Assembly (NCBI GenBank): GCA_046154065.1
Contig: JBJXEI010000125.1
Span: 43,285 to 107,284, forward strand
Direction: 5' to 3'
DNA from: Polaromonas sp.
GTDB lineage: Bacteria > Pseudomonadota > Gammaproteobacteria > Burkholderiales > Burkholderiaceae_C
Length of the DNA: 64,000 bases
Notes under the pieces: generated by a model
What the model was told of the DNA's origin: nothing
Seen by the model: the letters and a program-made list of their open reading frames with translations, nothing else
Databases searched by the model: none
Shown here: positions 1 to 11,726 of the stretch, piece after piece
Layout of the letters: each line of letters starts with the position of its first letter
Position numbering within the stretch: position 1 is the first letter of the stretch
Made by a program: the position numbers and the translations under genes

Positions 1-957
1 GCCTACATTTCAGCCGTGGCGGGTTACTACACCGCCCCCAACGGGCAAATGCTGAGCTTTCCATTCAACAGCTCGACCACCGTTTTTTACTTCAACAAGG
101 ACGCCTTCAAGGCAGCGGGCCTGCCCACGGACAAAGCGCCATCCACCTGGCCTGAAGTGGCCCTGGCGGCTGGCAAATTGAAGGCTGCTGGGCACAAATG
201 CCCTTTCACCACCGCCTGGCAGGGCTGGACGCAGTTGGAGAGCTTTTCCAGCTGGCACAACGTGGAGTTTGCGACCAAGTCCAACGGCCTAGCGGGCCTG
301 GACGCCCGCATGAAAGTCAACTCACCGCTGCACCAGCGCCACATTGAAAACCTGGCCAACATGGCCAAACAAGGCCTGTTTGTCTACAAAGGCCGCGGCA
401 ATGTGCCCGAAGCCAGCTTTGTCTCGGGCGAATGCGCCATGATCAACACGTCTTCAGGCTTCTACGGCAACGTCGCCAAAAACGCCAAGTTTGGCTATGG
501 TCTGGCCCCCCTGCCCTACTACCCGGATGTGCCGGGTGCCCCCCAGAACACAGTGATCGGTGGCGCCAGCCTGTGGGTCATGGCTGGTAAAAAGCCCGAG
601 GAGTACAAGGGTGTGGCGGCCTTCTTCAGCTACATCTCCAGCCCCGAAGTGCAATCGGCCAGCCACAAACGCACGGGCTACCTGCCTGTGACCACTGCAG
701 CCTACCAGCTGACCGAAAAATCCGGCTTCTACGCTGAAAAACCGGGCACCGATGTGGCCGTGACGCAGATGATCCGCAAAGTGACCGACAAAAGCCGCGG
801 CATCCGCCTGGGCAACTATGTGCAAATCCGTGCGATTGAAGACGAGGAACTGGAACAAGTCTGGGGCGGCAAAAAGACCGCCAAAGAAGCCCTGGACAGC
901 ATCGTCAAGCGAGGTGACGAGCAGCTGGAACGCTTCCAGAAAGCGAACAAACCTTGA
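1..957 (+). CDS. ugpB: sn-glycerol-3-phosphate ABC transporter substrate-binding protein (5' truncated by window edge)
   Basis: Frame open from the window edge; motifs PFNSST, APQNTVIGGASLWV and GIRLGN; followed by two permeases, an ATPase and a GDPD gene. Confidence 0.93.
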   Translation, partial: AYISAVAGYYTAPNGQMLSFPFNSSTTVFYFNKDAFKAAGLPTDKAPSTWPEVALAAGKLKAAGHKCPFTTAWQGWTQLESFSSWHNVEFATKSNGLAGLDARMKVNSPLHQRHIENLANMAKQGLFVYKGRGNVPEASFVSGECAMINTSSGFYGNVAKNAKFGYGLAPLPYYPDVPGAPQNTVIGGASLWVMAGKKPEEYKGVAAFFSYISSPEVQSASHKRTGYLPVTTAAYQLTEKSGFYAEKPGTDVAVTQMIRKVTDKSRGIRLGNYVQIRAIEDEELEQVWGGKKTAKEALDSIVKRGDEQLERFQKANKP

Positions 958-988
958 GTGATGGCTCGCCAAGGCAGGCAGGCCACTG

Positions 989-1870
989 ATGGAAAAACGT
1001 GTCCTGTTTCGCTCCCGCTGGCTGCCGTGGGTGCTGCTGGCCCCGCAGCTGGCGGTCATCAGCGTGTTCTTTTTCTGGCCTGCGGCGCAAGCCTTGCTGC
1101 AGTCGTTTCAGGTGCAGGACGCGTTTGGCACATCCACCGAATGGGTCGGGCTGGCCAACTTCCAGACGCTGCTGGCCGACGAGAACTACGCCGCATCGTT
1201 CAAGACCACGGCGGTGTTCTCCGTGCTGGTGGCGGTGCTGGGCATTTGCCTGTCGCTGGTGCTGGCGGTGTTTGCGGACCGCGTCATCAAGGGCGCGCTG
1301 GTCTATAAAACCCTGCTGGTGGTGCCCTACGCGGTCGCCCCGGCCGTGGCGGGCGTGCTGTGGGTCTTCATGTTTTCACCGTCGCTGGGGGTGGTGGCGT
1401 ATGCGTTGGGCCGCATGGGCTTCCACTGGAACCACCTGCTGGACGGCGGCCACGCCATGGCACTGATCGTGATGGCGGCGGTGTGGAAGCAGATTTCCTA
1501 CAACTTCCTGTTTTTTCTGGCGGGCCTGCAGTCGATTCCCAAGTCGCTGATTGAAGCCGCTGCCATCGACGGTGCGCGGCCGTGGCGGCGGTTCTGGTCC
1601 ATCCAGTTCCCGCTGCTGTCGCCGACCACGTTCTTCCTGCTGGTGATCAACATGGTGTACGCCTTTTTTGACACCTTCGCCATTGTCGACGCCACCACCC
1701 ACGGCGGGCCAGGGCAAGACACGTCCATCCTGGTTTACAAGGTGTATTACGACGGCTTCAAGGCCATGGACCTGGGCGGTTCAGCCGCGCAGTCGGTGGT
1801 GCTGATGGCCATCGTCGTGGTGCTCACCGTCATTCAATTTCGCTATGTCGAGAAAAAGGTGAACTATTGA
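989..1870 (+). CDS. ugpA: G3P ABC transporter permease
   Basis: Hydrophobic ORF with EAA loop ([10 protein letters not shown]) and [19 protein letters not shown]. Confidence 0.95.
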   Translation: MEKRVLFRSRWLPWVLLAPQLAVISVFFFWPAAQALLQSFQVQDAFGTSTEWVGLANFQTLLADENYAASFKTTAVFSVLVAVLGICLSLVLAVFADRVIKGALVYKTLLVVPYAVAPAVAGVLWVFMFSPSLGVVAYALGRMGFHWNHLLDGGHAMALIVMAAVWKQISYNFLFFLAGLQSIPKSLIEAAAIDGARPWRRFWSIQFPLLSPTTFFLLVINMVYAFFDTFAIVDATTHGGPGQDTSILVYKVYYDGFKAMDLGGSAAQSVVLMAIVVVLTVIQFRYVEKKVNY

Positions 1871-2721
1871 TGGTGGAACGCCGTACCTCACTGGGTCTTC
1901 TGGCACACGCCATCATGCTGCTGGGGGTGTTGATCGTTGCCTTCCCGCTGTACTTGGCGTTTGTGGCGTCTACCCACACAGCGCAAGACATCGTGCAGGC
2001 CCCAATGCCGCTGCTGCCGGGCAGCCACTTCTGGGAAACCTACAAAACAGCGTTGCTGGGCAGCGACGTGGGGGCGGGCTCCACTGCCCCTGTGGCCCGC
2101 ATGATGTGGGTGAGCCTGGTGACCGCGCTGGTCATCACGTTCGGCAAGATCAGCATTTCACTGCTGTCGGCGTTTGCCATCGTCTACTTCCGCTTTCCGT
2201 TCAAACGCGTGGTGTTCTGGTCCATCTTCATCACGCTGATGCTGCCGGTCGAGGTGCGCATCGGGCCGACCTACCAGGTGGTCGCCGACTTGGGGATGCT
2301 CAACAGCTACGCCGGGTTGACCATTCCGCTGATCGCGTCGGCCACGGCCACCTTCTTGTTCCGCCAGTTTTTCCTGACCGTGCCCGACGAACTGCTGGAG
2401 GCCGCGCGCATGGACGGCGCCGGGCCGATGCGGTTTTTCTGGGACATCTTGCTGCCCCTGTCCAAAACGTCGATGGCGGCGCTGTTTGTGATCCAGTTCA
2501 TTTACGGCTGGAACCAGTACCTGTGGCCGCTGCTGGCCACCACCAGTGAAGACATGTACCCGGTGGTCATTGGCATCAAACGCATGATTGCGGGCGGTGA
2601 CTCGCAAAACGAATGGAACGTGGTCATGGCCACCGCGTTGCTGGCCATGCTGCCACCCGCGCTGGTCGTGGTGCTGATGCAGAAATGGTTCGTCAAGGGC
2701 CTGGTAGACACTGAGAAATGA
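1870..2721 (+). CDS. ugpE: G3P ABC transporter permease
   Basis: [10 protein letters not shown] loop, [12 protein letters not shown]-terminal [10 protein letters not shown]; ATG overlaps the ugpA stop. Confidence 0.95.
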   Translation: MVERRTSLGLLAHAIMLLGVLIVAFPLYLAFVASTHTAQDIVQAPMPLLPGSHFWETYKTALLGSDVGAGSTAPVARMMWVSLVTALVITFGKISISLLSAFAIVYFRFPFKRVVFWSIFITLMLPVEVRIGPTYQVVADLGMLNSYAGLTIPLIASATATFLFRQFFLTVPDELLEAARMDGAGPMRFFWDILLPLSKTSMAALFVIQFIYGWNQYLWPLLATTSEDMYPVVIGIKRMIAGGDSQNEWNVVMATALLAMLPPALVVVLMQKWFVKGLVDTEK

Positions 2722-2812
2722 GCACACCCCCGAAGCGCCTTTGGCGCCTCCCCCTCCAGGGGGCGACACCTGCGGCCCGGCAAAGCCGGTTCCGCGATGT
2801 CCGCTTGAATCA
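2722..2812. repeat. Intergenic multi-hairpin palindromic element (REP-like)
   Basis: Short hairpins GCGCC-ttt-GGCGC, CCCCT-cc-AGGGG and CCGGC-aaa-GCCGG packed between ugpE and ugpC; single copy in this window. Confidence 0.5.
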
Positions 2813-2833
2813 AACAAACATCTGAGTATTTAA

Positions 2834-3849
<1,016 letters not shown>

Positions 3850-3853
<4 letters not shown>

Positions 3854-4599
3854 GCCCCCAGCGCCCCGCTTGGCCCTACCCCCGGTGGATCGCCCACCGG
3901 GGCGCGGGCACACTGGCCCCTGAAAACACGCTGGCCGCCTTCCAGCGAGGGGCCAGCTACGGCTACCGGATGTTTGAATGCGACGTGAAGCTGAGCGCGG
4001 ATGGCGTGCCTTTTTTACTGCACGACAGTACCCTGGAACGCACCACCAACGGGCGCGGCACTGCCGGCGAGCAGCCCTGGGCTGAACTGGCGGCGCTGGA
4101 CGCGGGCAGCTGGCATTCCACTGCGTTTGCCGATGAACGGTTGCCCAGCCTGGCGCTGGTCGCCAAAGCATGCCTGGCGCGCGGCTGGCTGCTGAACATC
4201 GAGATCAAACCCACCCCGGGCAGTGAAACCCTGACCGGCACAGTGGTGGCCAACGCAGCAGCCACACTTTGGGCCGATGCTGCGGTGCCCCCGTTGCTGA
4301 GCTCGTTTCAACCCCTGGCGCTGCAAGCGGCACAGGCTGCGCAACCCCACCTGCCCCGAGGGCTGCTGCTCGATACTCTGCCGGACGACTGGCTGCAGAC
4401 CGCGCAGCGGCTGGCCTGCAGTGCGGTGATCTGCCAACACAAACTATGGACCCCAGTGATCGTGGCACAGGCCAGGTCAGCTGGCCTCAAAACGCTGAGC
4501 TACACCGTGAACGACATTGCCAGCGTGCAGCGGCTGCAGGGCCTGGGCCTTGACGGCCTCATCACCGACCGGGTCGATGACTTTGCGCCCGGTGACTGA
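3850..4599 (+). CDS. ugpQ: Glycerophosphodiester phosphodiesterase
   Basis: IAHRGA..APENT, ECDVKLS and LNIEIKP motifs. Confidence 0.93.
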
Positions 4600-4608
4600 G
4601 GCAGATCC

Positions 4609-4890
4609 TCACTGGCTCTGCAGTGTCCACAACGTGCCAGTGGCGGCCAGCACCATCGCCGCGTAAGTCAGCATCTTTCCGTCGTGGCCAAACAGCACCA
4701 GACCGGCTCCCAACACCGCCAAATTAACTATAAAAATAATAGCAGTCCGTGCAATGAATGAATAGGCAGCCGCACGATTCGACATAAAAAATACCCGCCA
4801 CACCTGGCTGCCCAGCATCAACAGCAGCGCGACCACAGCCGCGGGCGCCATCAAATTGAGCAAATGGTTGAACAACAAATAGGCGGTCAT
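4609..4890 (-). CDS. Small hypothetical membrane protein (about 3 TM), divergent from hemA
   Basis: ATG at 4890; hydrophobic, with NHLLN.MAPA and DGKM.TY motifs; contains a repeat copy in frame. Confidence 0.65.
   Translation of the reverse strand: MTAYLLFNHLLNLMAPAAVVALLLMLGSQVWRVFFMSNRAAAYSFIARTAIIFIVNLAVLGAGLVLFGHDGKMLTYAAMVLAATGTLWTLQSQ
4727..4790 (+). repeat. AT-hairpin dispersed repeat, copy A (inside CDS)
   Basis: ACTATAAAAATAATAGCagtccgtgcaatgaatgaataggcagccgcacgattcgacataaa aligns with copy B. Confidence 0.7.
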
Positions 4891-4974
4891 GGGCGTCGAG
4901 AGGAAATCGGTCGGGGCTATCAAGGCGATTAGCGCGGCACCGCGAATCGGGCGCCGCTTCAATTTTATAATGCG

Positions 4975-6279
4975 GTGATGTCAGTCTGGGCCCTTGGGCT
5001 AAACCACCACACCGCACCGCTCGATTTGCGCGGTCGCTTTGCCTATGCGGTAGACCAGGTCGAGCCCACCCTGCGCAGCCTGCGCACAGCCCTGTCGCGC
5101 CAAAATGAAGCCACATTGCTGTCGACCTGCAACCGCACCGAAATCTACGGCGTGGGCAGCATGGCGGACCTCAATGAAACCGTGGAGTGGCTGGCGCACT
5201 CAGGCGGCGTGTCTCCAACGCTGCTGCGCTCCCACGCCTACACCCTCGAAGGTGACCAGGCCGCTCGCCATGCTTTTCGCGTCGCCAGCGGGCTCGATTC
5301 CATGGTGCTGGGTGAACCACAAATCCTGGGTCAGATGAAGGACGCCGTGCGCGCTGCCGAGGGCGCAGGCGCCATGGGTGTGACGCTGCATCAGCTGTTC
5401 CAGCGCTCGTTTGCGGTAGCCAAAGAGGTGCGCAGCAGCACCGAGATCGGCGCCCACAGCATCAGCATGGCCGCGGCGGCAGTGCGGCTGGCCAGCCAGC
5501 TGTTTGAAGATCTGCGCGACATCAAGGTGCTGTTTGTGGGTGCGGGCGAGATGATTGACCTGGCCGCCACCCACTTTGCCGCCCGCCAGCCCAAGTCCAT
5601 GGCAATTGCCAACCGCACCATGGCGCGCGGTGAAAAGCTGGCCAGCCGTTTTGGGGCCGAGGTCATGCGCCTGGCCGACCTGCCCAGCCGCCTGCATGAG
5701 TTTGACGCGGTCATCAGCTGCACGGCCAGCACGCTGCCCATCATTGGCCTGGGTGCCGTGGAGCGCGCCGTGAAGCAGCGCAAACACCGCCCGATGTTCA
5801 TGGTCGACCTGGCCGTGCCGCGCGACATCGAGTCCGAGGTCAAGGCGCTGCCTGACGTGTACCTCTACACCGTGGACGACCTGGCCCACGTGGTGCAAAC
5901 CGGCAAGGACAGCCGCCAGGCGGCCGTGGCGCAGGCCGAAGTCATCATCGACGCAGGCGTGCAGAACTTCATGCACTGGCTGGAACAACGGGACCCCGTC
6001 AAAGGCGTGGTGCCGCTGATCCAGCAGCTCAACGCCCAAACCGATGCCTGGCGTGCCCTGGAAATCACCCGCGCCAAAAAGCTGCTGGCCCGGGGTGAAC
6101 CCCTGGACACCGTGCTGGAAGCGCTGAGCCGCGGCCTGACGCAAAAAATGCTGCACGGCACCCTGGCAGAGCTGCACAGCGGTGACAGCGCCCACCGCGA
6201 AGCCACCGCCCACACCGTGACGCGGCTGTTTTTGCGCGGGCAACTGCCCAAACCGCCAGCACCAGACAAAGAGCTTTAG
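4975..6279 (+). CDS. hemA: Glutamyl-tRNA reductase
   Basis: [23 protein letters not shown] and DLAVPRD motifs. Confidence 0.97.
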   Translation: MMSVWALGLNHHTAPLDLRGRFAYAVDQVEPTLRSLRTALSRQNEATLLSTCNRTEIYGVGSMADLNETVEWLAHSGGVSPTLLRSHAYTLEGDQAARHAFRVASGLDSMVLGEPQILGQMKDAVRAAEGAGAMGVTLHQLFQRSFAVAKEVRSSTEIGAHSISMAAAAVRLASQLFEDLRDIKVLFVGAGEMIDLAATHFAARQPKSMAIANRTMARGEKLASRFGAEVMRLADLPSRLHEFDAVISCTASTLPIIGLGAVERAVKQRKHRPMFMVDLAVPRDIESEVKALPDVYLYTVDDLAHVVQTGKDSRQAAVAQAEVIIDAGVQNFMHWLEQRDPVKGVVPLIQQLNAQTDAWRALEITRAKKLLARGEPLDTVLEALSRGLTQKMLHGTLAELHSGDSAHREATAHTVTRLFLRGQLPKPPAPDKEL

Positions 6280-6370
6280 CGGGCCTTGCTGCCTGCGGCG
6301 TGGCGCCCAGCCCGCCAGCCTTCGTTTGTCTGTCTGTCGGTGTTTGTTCCTTTCTGATTTCTACCTCCCC

Positions 6371-7498
6371 ATGAAACCCTTTCTTCGCCAAACCCTGGAC
6401 CGCCAGCTGCTGCGCCTGCACGAATTGGACGCGCTGCTGTCCGCCAGCGATGTGGTCAGCGACATGGACCGCTTTCGCAGCCTGACACGCGAGCATTCTG
6501 AAATTAGCGTGGTGGCCGAGCAGTACCGCAAACTCACCAGCCGGGAGGCCGACTTCCTCAGCGCCGAACAGCTGTTGCTCGACAGCAAGGGCGACCCCGA
6601 CATGCAGCAGATGGCCGAGGAAGAAGTGGCTGCCGCCAAAGCCGACATTGCACAGATCGATGAAGCCCTGCAGCTGATGCTGATCCCCAAGGACCCCGAC
6701 GACACGCGCGCGGCGTTCATTGAGATCCGGGCCGGCACGGGCGGCGACGAATCCGCCCTGTTTGCGGGTGACCTGTTTCGCATGTACACCCGCTTTGCAG
6801 AGCGCAACCGGTGGACGACCGAGATCGTCAGCGAATCCCCGAGCGAGCTGGGCGGCTACAAGGAAGTCGTGCTGCGCATGGACGGCCCGACTGACGAGCA
6901 AGGCGTGGGCGTGTACGGCAAGCTGCGCTTTGAGTCGGGCGGCCACCGCGTGCAGCGCGTGCCGGCCACCGAAACGCAGGGGCGCATTCACACCAGCGCC
7001 TGCACCGTGGCCGTGCTGCCCGAGCCCGACGAAGCCGAGGCCATCAAAATCAACCCGGCGGACCTGCGCATTGACACCTACCGGGCCAGCGGCGCGGGCG
7101 GCCAGCACATCAACAAGACCGACTCGGCCGTGCGCATCACCCACCTGCCAACGGGCATCGTGGCGGAATGCCAGGAAGGCCGCAGCCAGCACGGCAACAA
7201 GGCCCAGGCGCTGAAAGTGCTGACGGCACGCATCCATGAAAAAGACCGCTCGGAGCGCGCCGCCAAAGACGCCGCCATGCGCAAGGGCCTGGTGGGCACC
7301 GGCGACCGCAGCGACCGCATCCGCACCTACAACTTCCCGCAGGGCCGCCTGACCGACCACCGCATCAACCTGACGCTGTACAAACTCGGGCTGATCGTGG
7401 AGGGCGATCTGGGCGACGTCATCACCGCACTGCAGGTGGCCCGGGGTGCAGAGCAGCTGGCCGAGCTGGAAACGGCCAACGGCACCCCTGGCGGCTGA
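6371..7498 (+). CDS. prfA: Peptide chain release factor 1
   Basis: GGQ motif (GAGGQH), PAT anticodon loop (VPATE), [10 protein letters not shown]; hemA-prfA-prmC synteny. Confidence 0.97.
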   Translation: MKPFLRQTLDRQLLRLHELDALLSASDVVSDMDRFRSLTREHSEISVVAEQYRKLTSREADFLSAEQLLLDSKGDPDMQQMAEEEVAAAKADIAQIDEALQLMLIPKDPDDTRAAFIEIRAGTGGDESALFAGDLFRMYTRFAERNRWTTEIVSESPSELGGYKEVVLRMDGPTDEQGVGVYGKLRFESGGHRVQRVPATETQGRIHTSACTVAVLPEPDEAEAIKINPADLRIDTYRASGAGGQHINKTDSAVRITHLPTGIVAECQEGRSQHGNKAQALKVLTARIHEKDRSERAAKDAAMRKGLVGTGDRSDRIRTYNFPQGRLTDHRINLTLYKLGLIVEGDLGDVITALQVARGAEQLAELETANGTPGG

Positions 7499-7511
7499 AA
7501 ATACATCACTA

Positions 7512-7573
7512 TTTAGTCAAATCAAGCGGCTGCCTACGCTTTGATTGCCTGATGCGCTACAAATTTAATAGCA
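7512..7573 (-). repeat. AT-hairpin dispersed repeat, copy B
   Basis: Reverse complement TGCTATTAAATTTGTAGCgcatcaggcaatcaaagcgtaggcagccgcttgatttgactaaa, between prfA and prmC. Confidence 0.75.
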
Positions 7574-7593
7574 AAGAAAAGAAAAGGCTGGCT

Positions 7594-8454
7594 GTGACCT
7601 CACCCACCCACAGTGACGCACTGAAATCCGCCCAGGCACTGGGCCTGACGCGGCTCGACGCCCAGTTGCTGCTGCTGCATGTGCTGGCACGGCCCAGCCA
7701 TGACCGGGCCTGGTTGCTCACGCATGACAACGACCCACTGCCCAACGAACTGGCGACGGCCTTCAACCAGCTGGCACAACGCCGGGCGTCCGGTGAACCC
7801 TTGGCCTACATCGTGGGCCACAAAGAGTTTTTTGGCCTTGATCTGGCTGTTGACCCAAGGGTGCTGGTGCCGCGCCCGGACACCGAAACACTGGTGGAAT
7901 GGGCGCTTGAACGGTTAACGACGGAGGGCGCAGGGCGCCTTCCTCACGTTCTGGACCTTGGCACAGGCAGCGGCGCCATAGCCTTGGCATTGGCGCACAC
8001 CCTGCACACCAGCGGGCGGTCTGCCCACATTGTGGCGGTCGATGCCAGTCCCCAGGCACTGGCCGCCGCGCAGGCCAATGCGACTCGACTGGCGCTCTCG
8101 ATCCGATTTTTGAACAGCGACTGGTTCGGCCAGGTCGATGGCCGTTTTGACCTCATCGTCAGCAACCCACCCTACATCGCCGACGCCGATCCGCACCTGG
8201 CCCAGCTGACCCACGAACCGCTGCAGGCCCTGACATCGGGCGCAGACGGACTGAACGACCTGCGGCGCATCATCGACCAAGCCCCCGCGCACCTGCAGGC
8301 GGGCGGCTGGCTGCTGATGGAACATGGCTATGACCAAAGCGAGGCGGTGCGCGCACTGCTTGTGCAACACGGCTTTGTGGACGTTCAGTCCCGGCTGGAC
8401 TTGTCGGGCATTGAACGCTGCTCCGGCGGCAGGTGGACCGGAACAGCGGGATAA
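7594..8454 (+). CDS. prmC: Release factor glutamine methyltransferase
   Basis: VLVPRPDTE, LDLGTGSG and SNPPY motifs; GTG start chosen downstream of the repeat. Confidence 0.95.
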   Translation: MTSPTHSDALKSAQALGLTRLDAQLLLLHVLARPSHDRAWLLTHDNDPLPNELATAFNQLAQRRASGEPLAYIVGHKEFFGLDLAVDPRVLVPRPDTETLVEWALERLTTEGAGRLPHVLDLGTGSGAIALALAHTLHTSGRSAHIVAVDASPQALAAAQANATRLALSIRFLNSDWFGQVDGRFDLIVSNPPYIADADPHLAQLTHEPLQALTSGADGLNDLRRIIDQAPAHLQAGGWLLMEHGYDQSEAVRALLVQHGFVDVQSRLDLSGIERCSGGRWTGTAG

Positions 8455-8555
8455 TCACGCATTGACCCGGGTGCGTTGAATTTAATGACTCCGCGCCCAC
8501 CTAAACGGCATGCCGGCACGGCAGCCCCCCCTAACAGCCCCCGCAAGGAAACACC

Positions 8556-8885
8556 ATGAGCAACCCCCAAGACACCCAAGCCCGCATTGACCAGTTGGTG
8601 AAGTCCAGCGACGTCGTGCTGTTCATGAAAGGCACGGCCCAGTTTCCGATGTGCGGCTTTTCAGGCCGCGCGATTCAGGTGCTCAAAGCCTGCGGCGTGA
8701 ACAAACCCGCCACCGTGAACGTGCTGGACGACGCCGAGATCCGCCACGGGATCAAGGAATACAGCAACTGGCCAACCATCCCGCAGCTCTACATCAAGGG
8801 CGAGTTTGTCGGAGGCTCAGACATCATGATGGAGATGTACGAAAACGGTGAACTGCAACAAATGCTGGGCGCACCTGCCGCCTGA
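8556..8885 (+). CDS. grxD: Monothiol glutaredoxin Grx4
   Basis: CGFS active site, WPTIPQLY, GGSDI. Confidence 0.96.
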   Translation: MSNPQDTQARIDQLVKSSDVVLFMKGTAQFPMCGFSGRAIQVLKACGVNKPATVNVLDDAEIRHGIKEYSNWPTIPQLYIKGEFVGGSDIMMEMYENGELQQMLGAPAA

Positions 8886-8887
8886 AT

Positions 8888-9154
8888 TCAGCGGGTATAG
8901 CCCAGACAGGCGCCGCCGTTGGCCGCGCCTCGGCATTCCCGTGTCAAGCGGCTGTCGCGCATGGTTTGTGTTTCCTTGGACCCGTGAAGAAACCGCTCTT
9001 CATCAGCCTTGAGCTTGGCGACTTTCTTGGCCCGGTGTTTTTTGGCTTTGACCGGCTTGTCCAGCCCATCGGCCGCGCTGACAGGATCGGCTGCTGAAAA
9101 CAGGCCGGCAAACACTATCAGTGCGACGGCAAAAACTGTTGAAAATTTTTTCAT
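8888..9154 (-). CDS. Small exported basic protein with C-terminal Cys pair
   Basis: Signal-peptide-like N-terminus; Lys-rich middle; ends RECRGAANGGACLGYTR. Confidence 0.6.
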   Translation of the reverse strand: MKKFSTVFAVALIVFAGLFSAADPVSAADGLDKPVKAKKHRAKKVAKLKADEERFLHGSKETQTMRDSRLTRECRGAANGGACLGYTR

Positions 9155-9199
9155 GACCACCTTTTGGTAGGCACTGTTTCACACCAGACAGCGCCGGGT

Positions 9200-9409
9200 T
9201 TATTGAAGTTTGGGATCGCCAAAATGCTCGTCATCCGGCGGTGCATCCGCGGGCAGCCGAAAATCTTCACTGGCCCATGCGCCGAAATCCACATTCTTGC
9301 AGCGAGCACTGCAAAACGGCCGAAACGCATTGGTGGTTGCGTAGATGCTCTGACCACCACACGCCGGGCAGGTCACTATTTTTGGCGGAGGGGCGAGCGG
9401 GTCCATCAC
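9200..9409 (-). CDS. yacG: DNA gyrase inhibitor
   Basis: CPAC...RPFCSARCKNVDFGAW zinc-finger motif, downstream of zapD. Confidence 0.93.
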   Translation of the reverse strand: MMDPLAPPPKIVTCPACGGQSIYATTNAFRPFCSARCKNVDFGAWASEDFRLPADAPPDDEHFGDPKLQ

Positions 9410-9412
9410 TCG

Positions 9413-10168
9413 TCAGGCACACAATGAAAGTTCAAACGTGGCGTCATCGGTGCTGGCATGCAAGCGGTCGTCGCTCTCATGGCGCATCAAGCGCACCGAC
9501 ACCATCAAACGGTTGCCACTGATCTCCGGGCTCAAACCAAGTGCCGGGTCGATGCGCATGCGCAGGAGCTGAAAAGTACGCCCTTGGGGCAGGGCTTGCT
9601 GGTAGTGCCCAGCCGGCGCCACCACTTTTTGCGGGGCGCCAGAATCTCGCAGCAGGGACAGCAACACACGCACCGAATCGGCCAAGGGCACCAAAGAGGC
9701 AATCCATCGCTGCAAATCAGTCTGGCGCAACGCGGCGCTTTTATGCTGCCACGCGTAGTAGGCAGGCAAGTCAAACTCACAGGTGCCGCCAGGAATGCCG
9801 ACCCGGCTGCGGATGCTCATCAACCAGTCGTTCTCGGTCAATGACTGACCAGCTTTGCCAGACAGGTTGTTCAGGGAGGCAAAGCAGCCTTCAATCTGGG
9901 CGATCACATCGTCAAGCACCACATCCGAGACCGCCGGGTTGCCCCGGTAACCACCCAGCACATGTTTTTGCTTTTCGAGGTCTTTGAGAACATCAGTTTT
10001 CAGGTCAGCCCGAGCGCCCACGTCCATGATTTCAAAAATGGTAGTGATGGCGTAGTGGTGATCTGTAGGGCTGTGTCGCTGCACCAAATCACCGAGGCGG
10101 CGGAAAAGATGCTCCAGGCGCAAGTAGGTGCGGATGCGTTCATTGAACGGATATTCGTAAAGAATCAC
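9413..10168 (-). CDS. zapD: Cell division protein ZapD
   Basis: YEYPFNERIRTYLRLE, PGGTCEFDLP. Confidence 0.95.
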   Translation of the reverse strand: MILYEYPFNERIRTYLRLEHLFRRLGDLVQRHSPTDHHYAITTIFEIMDVGARADLKTDVLKDLEKQKHVLGGYRGNPAVSDVVLDDVIAQIEGCFASLNNLSGKAGQSLTENDWLMSIRSRVGIPGGTCEFDLPAYYAWQHKSAALRQTDLQRWIASLVPLADSVRVLLSLLRDSGAPQKVVAPAGHYQQALPQGRTFQLLRMRIDPALGLSPEISGNRLMVSVRLMRHESDDRLHASTDDATFELSLCA

Positions 10169-10211
10169 AGCACGGTCTTCGTCAGAGTCATGGGGCAGAA
10201 CATTGAGCGCA

Positions 10212-10835
10212 TCATAGCCCGAAGCCCGTGGCCATCTGCCCCAAGATTTGCGTCAAACCGTCAAGCGATACCCCGTCGTTGTAGACACAGATATCAGCCG
10301 CAGCCAGCCGCTGCGCCCGACTGGCCTGGACGGCCATCACTTGCTCAACCGCAGACCGGCTCCACCCCGGCCGCGCAAGCTCACGTGCCATCACCCGGTC
10401 GATCTGTGTGGACGGCAGGCAGTCCACCACCAGCACCCGGTCCAGCCGCCCACGCCATCGAGGCGACTCCACCAGCAAGGGAATGTCATACACCACACAG
10501 CGCTGGCCTGACGCAACAGCGGCCGCATCTTGCCGCGCCGTCTCCTCATTGATCAAGGGATGAACAATGGCTTCAAGCTGCAGCCGAGCGCCCGGTTCAC
10601 GAAACACCAGCGCGCGCACCGCATCGCGGTTCATGGCGCCGTCCGGACCGATCAAGTCACTGCCCAGCTGCCGCGAAATGGCTGCAATCGCGCCGCCTCC
10701 GACTGCCGTGAGTTGGCGAGAAATAGCATCCGCATCCACCACCGCCGCACCGAGTTGCCGCAAAACCCTGGCCACGGTACTTTTACCACTGCCAATTCCA
10801 CCCGTCAGGCCAATGCGTTGAACCGCCGCAGGCAT
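10212..10835 (-). CDS. coaE: Dephospho-CoA kinase
   Basis: IGLTGGIGSGKS, LEAIVHP, DIPLLVE. Confidence 0.96.
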   Translation of the reverse strand: MPAAVQRIGLTGGIGSGKSTVARVLRQLGAAVVDADAISRQLTAVGGGAIAAISRQLGSDLIGPDGAMNRDAVRALVFREPGARLQLEAIVHPLINEETARQDAAAVASGQRCVVYDIPLLVESPRWRGRLDRVLVVDCLPSTQIDRVMARELARPGWSRSAVEQVMAVQASRAQRLAAADICVYNDGVSLDGLTQILGQMATGFGL

Positions 10836-10838
10836 GGC

Positions 10839-11726
10839 TTACAAACCGACCCAATGCAGCACCGCTTGAGGTCCAAAAAACATGGCCGTGAAGCCGGCGC
10901 CCGCCAGAAAAGGACCAAAGGGCACATAGCCACCCTCCCGCAAGCCGGAGGAAAACTTCATGGCAAGACCCACCACCGCACCAATCACAGAAGCCATCAA
11001 AATGATGGGAATCAATGCTTGCCAGCCAAACCACGCTCCGAGCGCGGCAAACAGTTTGAAGTCCCCATAGCCCATGCCCTCCTTACCAGTCAAGAGCTTG
11101 AATGCCCAGTAAACAAGCCAGAGCGACACATACCCCGCAACGCCCCCCCACAGCGACGCCGACAGACTGACAGTCGGATTCCACTGCAAAGCCGCCGAGA
11201 CAAGGCCCGCCCACAACAGGGGCAGTGTGATGTCGTCGGGCAGCAACGTGGTGTCCCAGTCAATCATGGCAAGCGCTACCAGCGCAGCAGAAAAACCGCA
11301 CCACACCAACGCCGTGGCAGACAAACCCCAGCGCCAAACACAAAAGAAAAACAAACCACCGACGACTGCTTCCACCAAGGGGTAGCGCACACCATAAGGC
11401 GCAGCACAAGCTGCACATCTGCCACGCAAGTACAGATAACTCAGGACCGGAATGTTTTCATACCAACGGATGACATGCCCACAGTTGGAGCAGCGTGACC
11501 GAGGAACCAGTAGGTTGAAACGTGGCACGGGATCGGTGGGTTGCTCTGATGCGGGATCGAGGTGAACAGCACATTCCCGGTCCCACTGCCGCTCCATCAT
11601 TTTTGGCAAACGGTAGATGACCACGTTGAGAAAGCTGCCCAACAAAAGCCCAAAAATCCCTGCCAACGCTGAGAGAACTACGTCCTGCTCGACAGACCAC
11701 AACACGCTGCTGTCCACGCCGATCAA
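10839..11726 (-). CDS. pilD: Prepilin peptidase / N-methyltransferase
   Basis: GSFLNVVIYRLP, two CxxC pairs, GMGYGDFKL, PFGPFL. Confidence 0.95.
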   Translation of the reverse strand: MIGVDSSVLWSVEQDVVLSALAGIFGLLLGSFLNVVIYRLPKMMERQWDRECAVHLDPASEQPTDPVPRFNLLVPRSRCSNCGHVIRWYENIPVLSYLYLRGRCAACAAPYGVRYPLVEAVVGGLFFFCVWRWGLSATALVWCGFSAALVALAMIDWDTTLLPDDITLPLLWAGLVSAALQWNPTVSLSASLWGGVAGYVSLWLVYWAFKLLTGKEGMGYGDFKLFAALGAWFGWQALIPIILMASVIGAVVGLAMKFSSGLREGGYVPFGPFLAGAGFTAMFFGPQAVLHWVGL

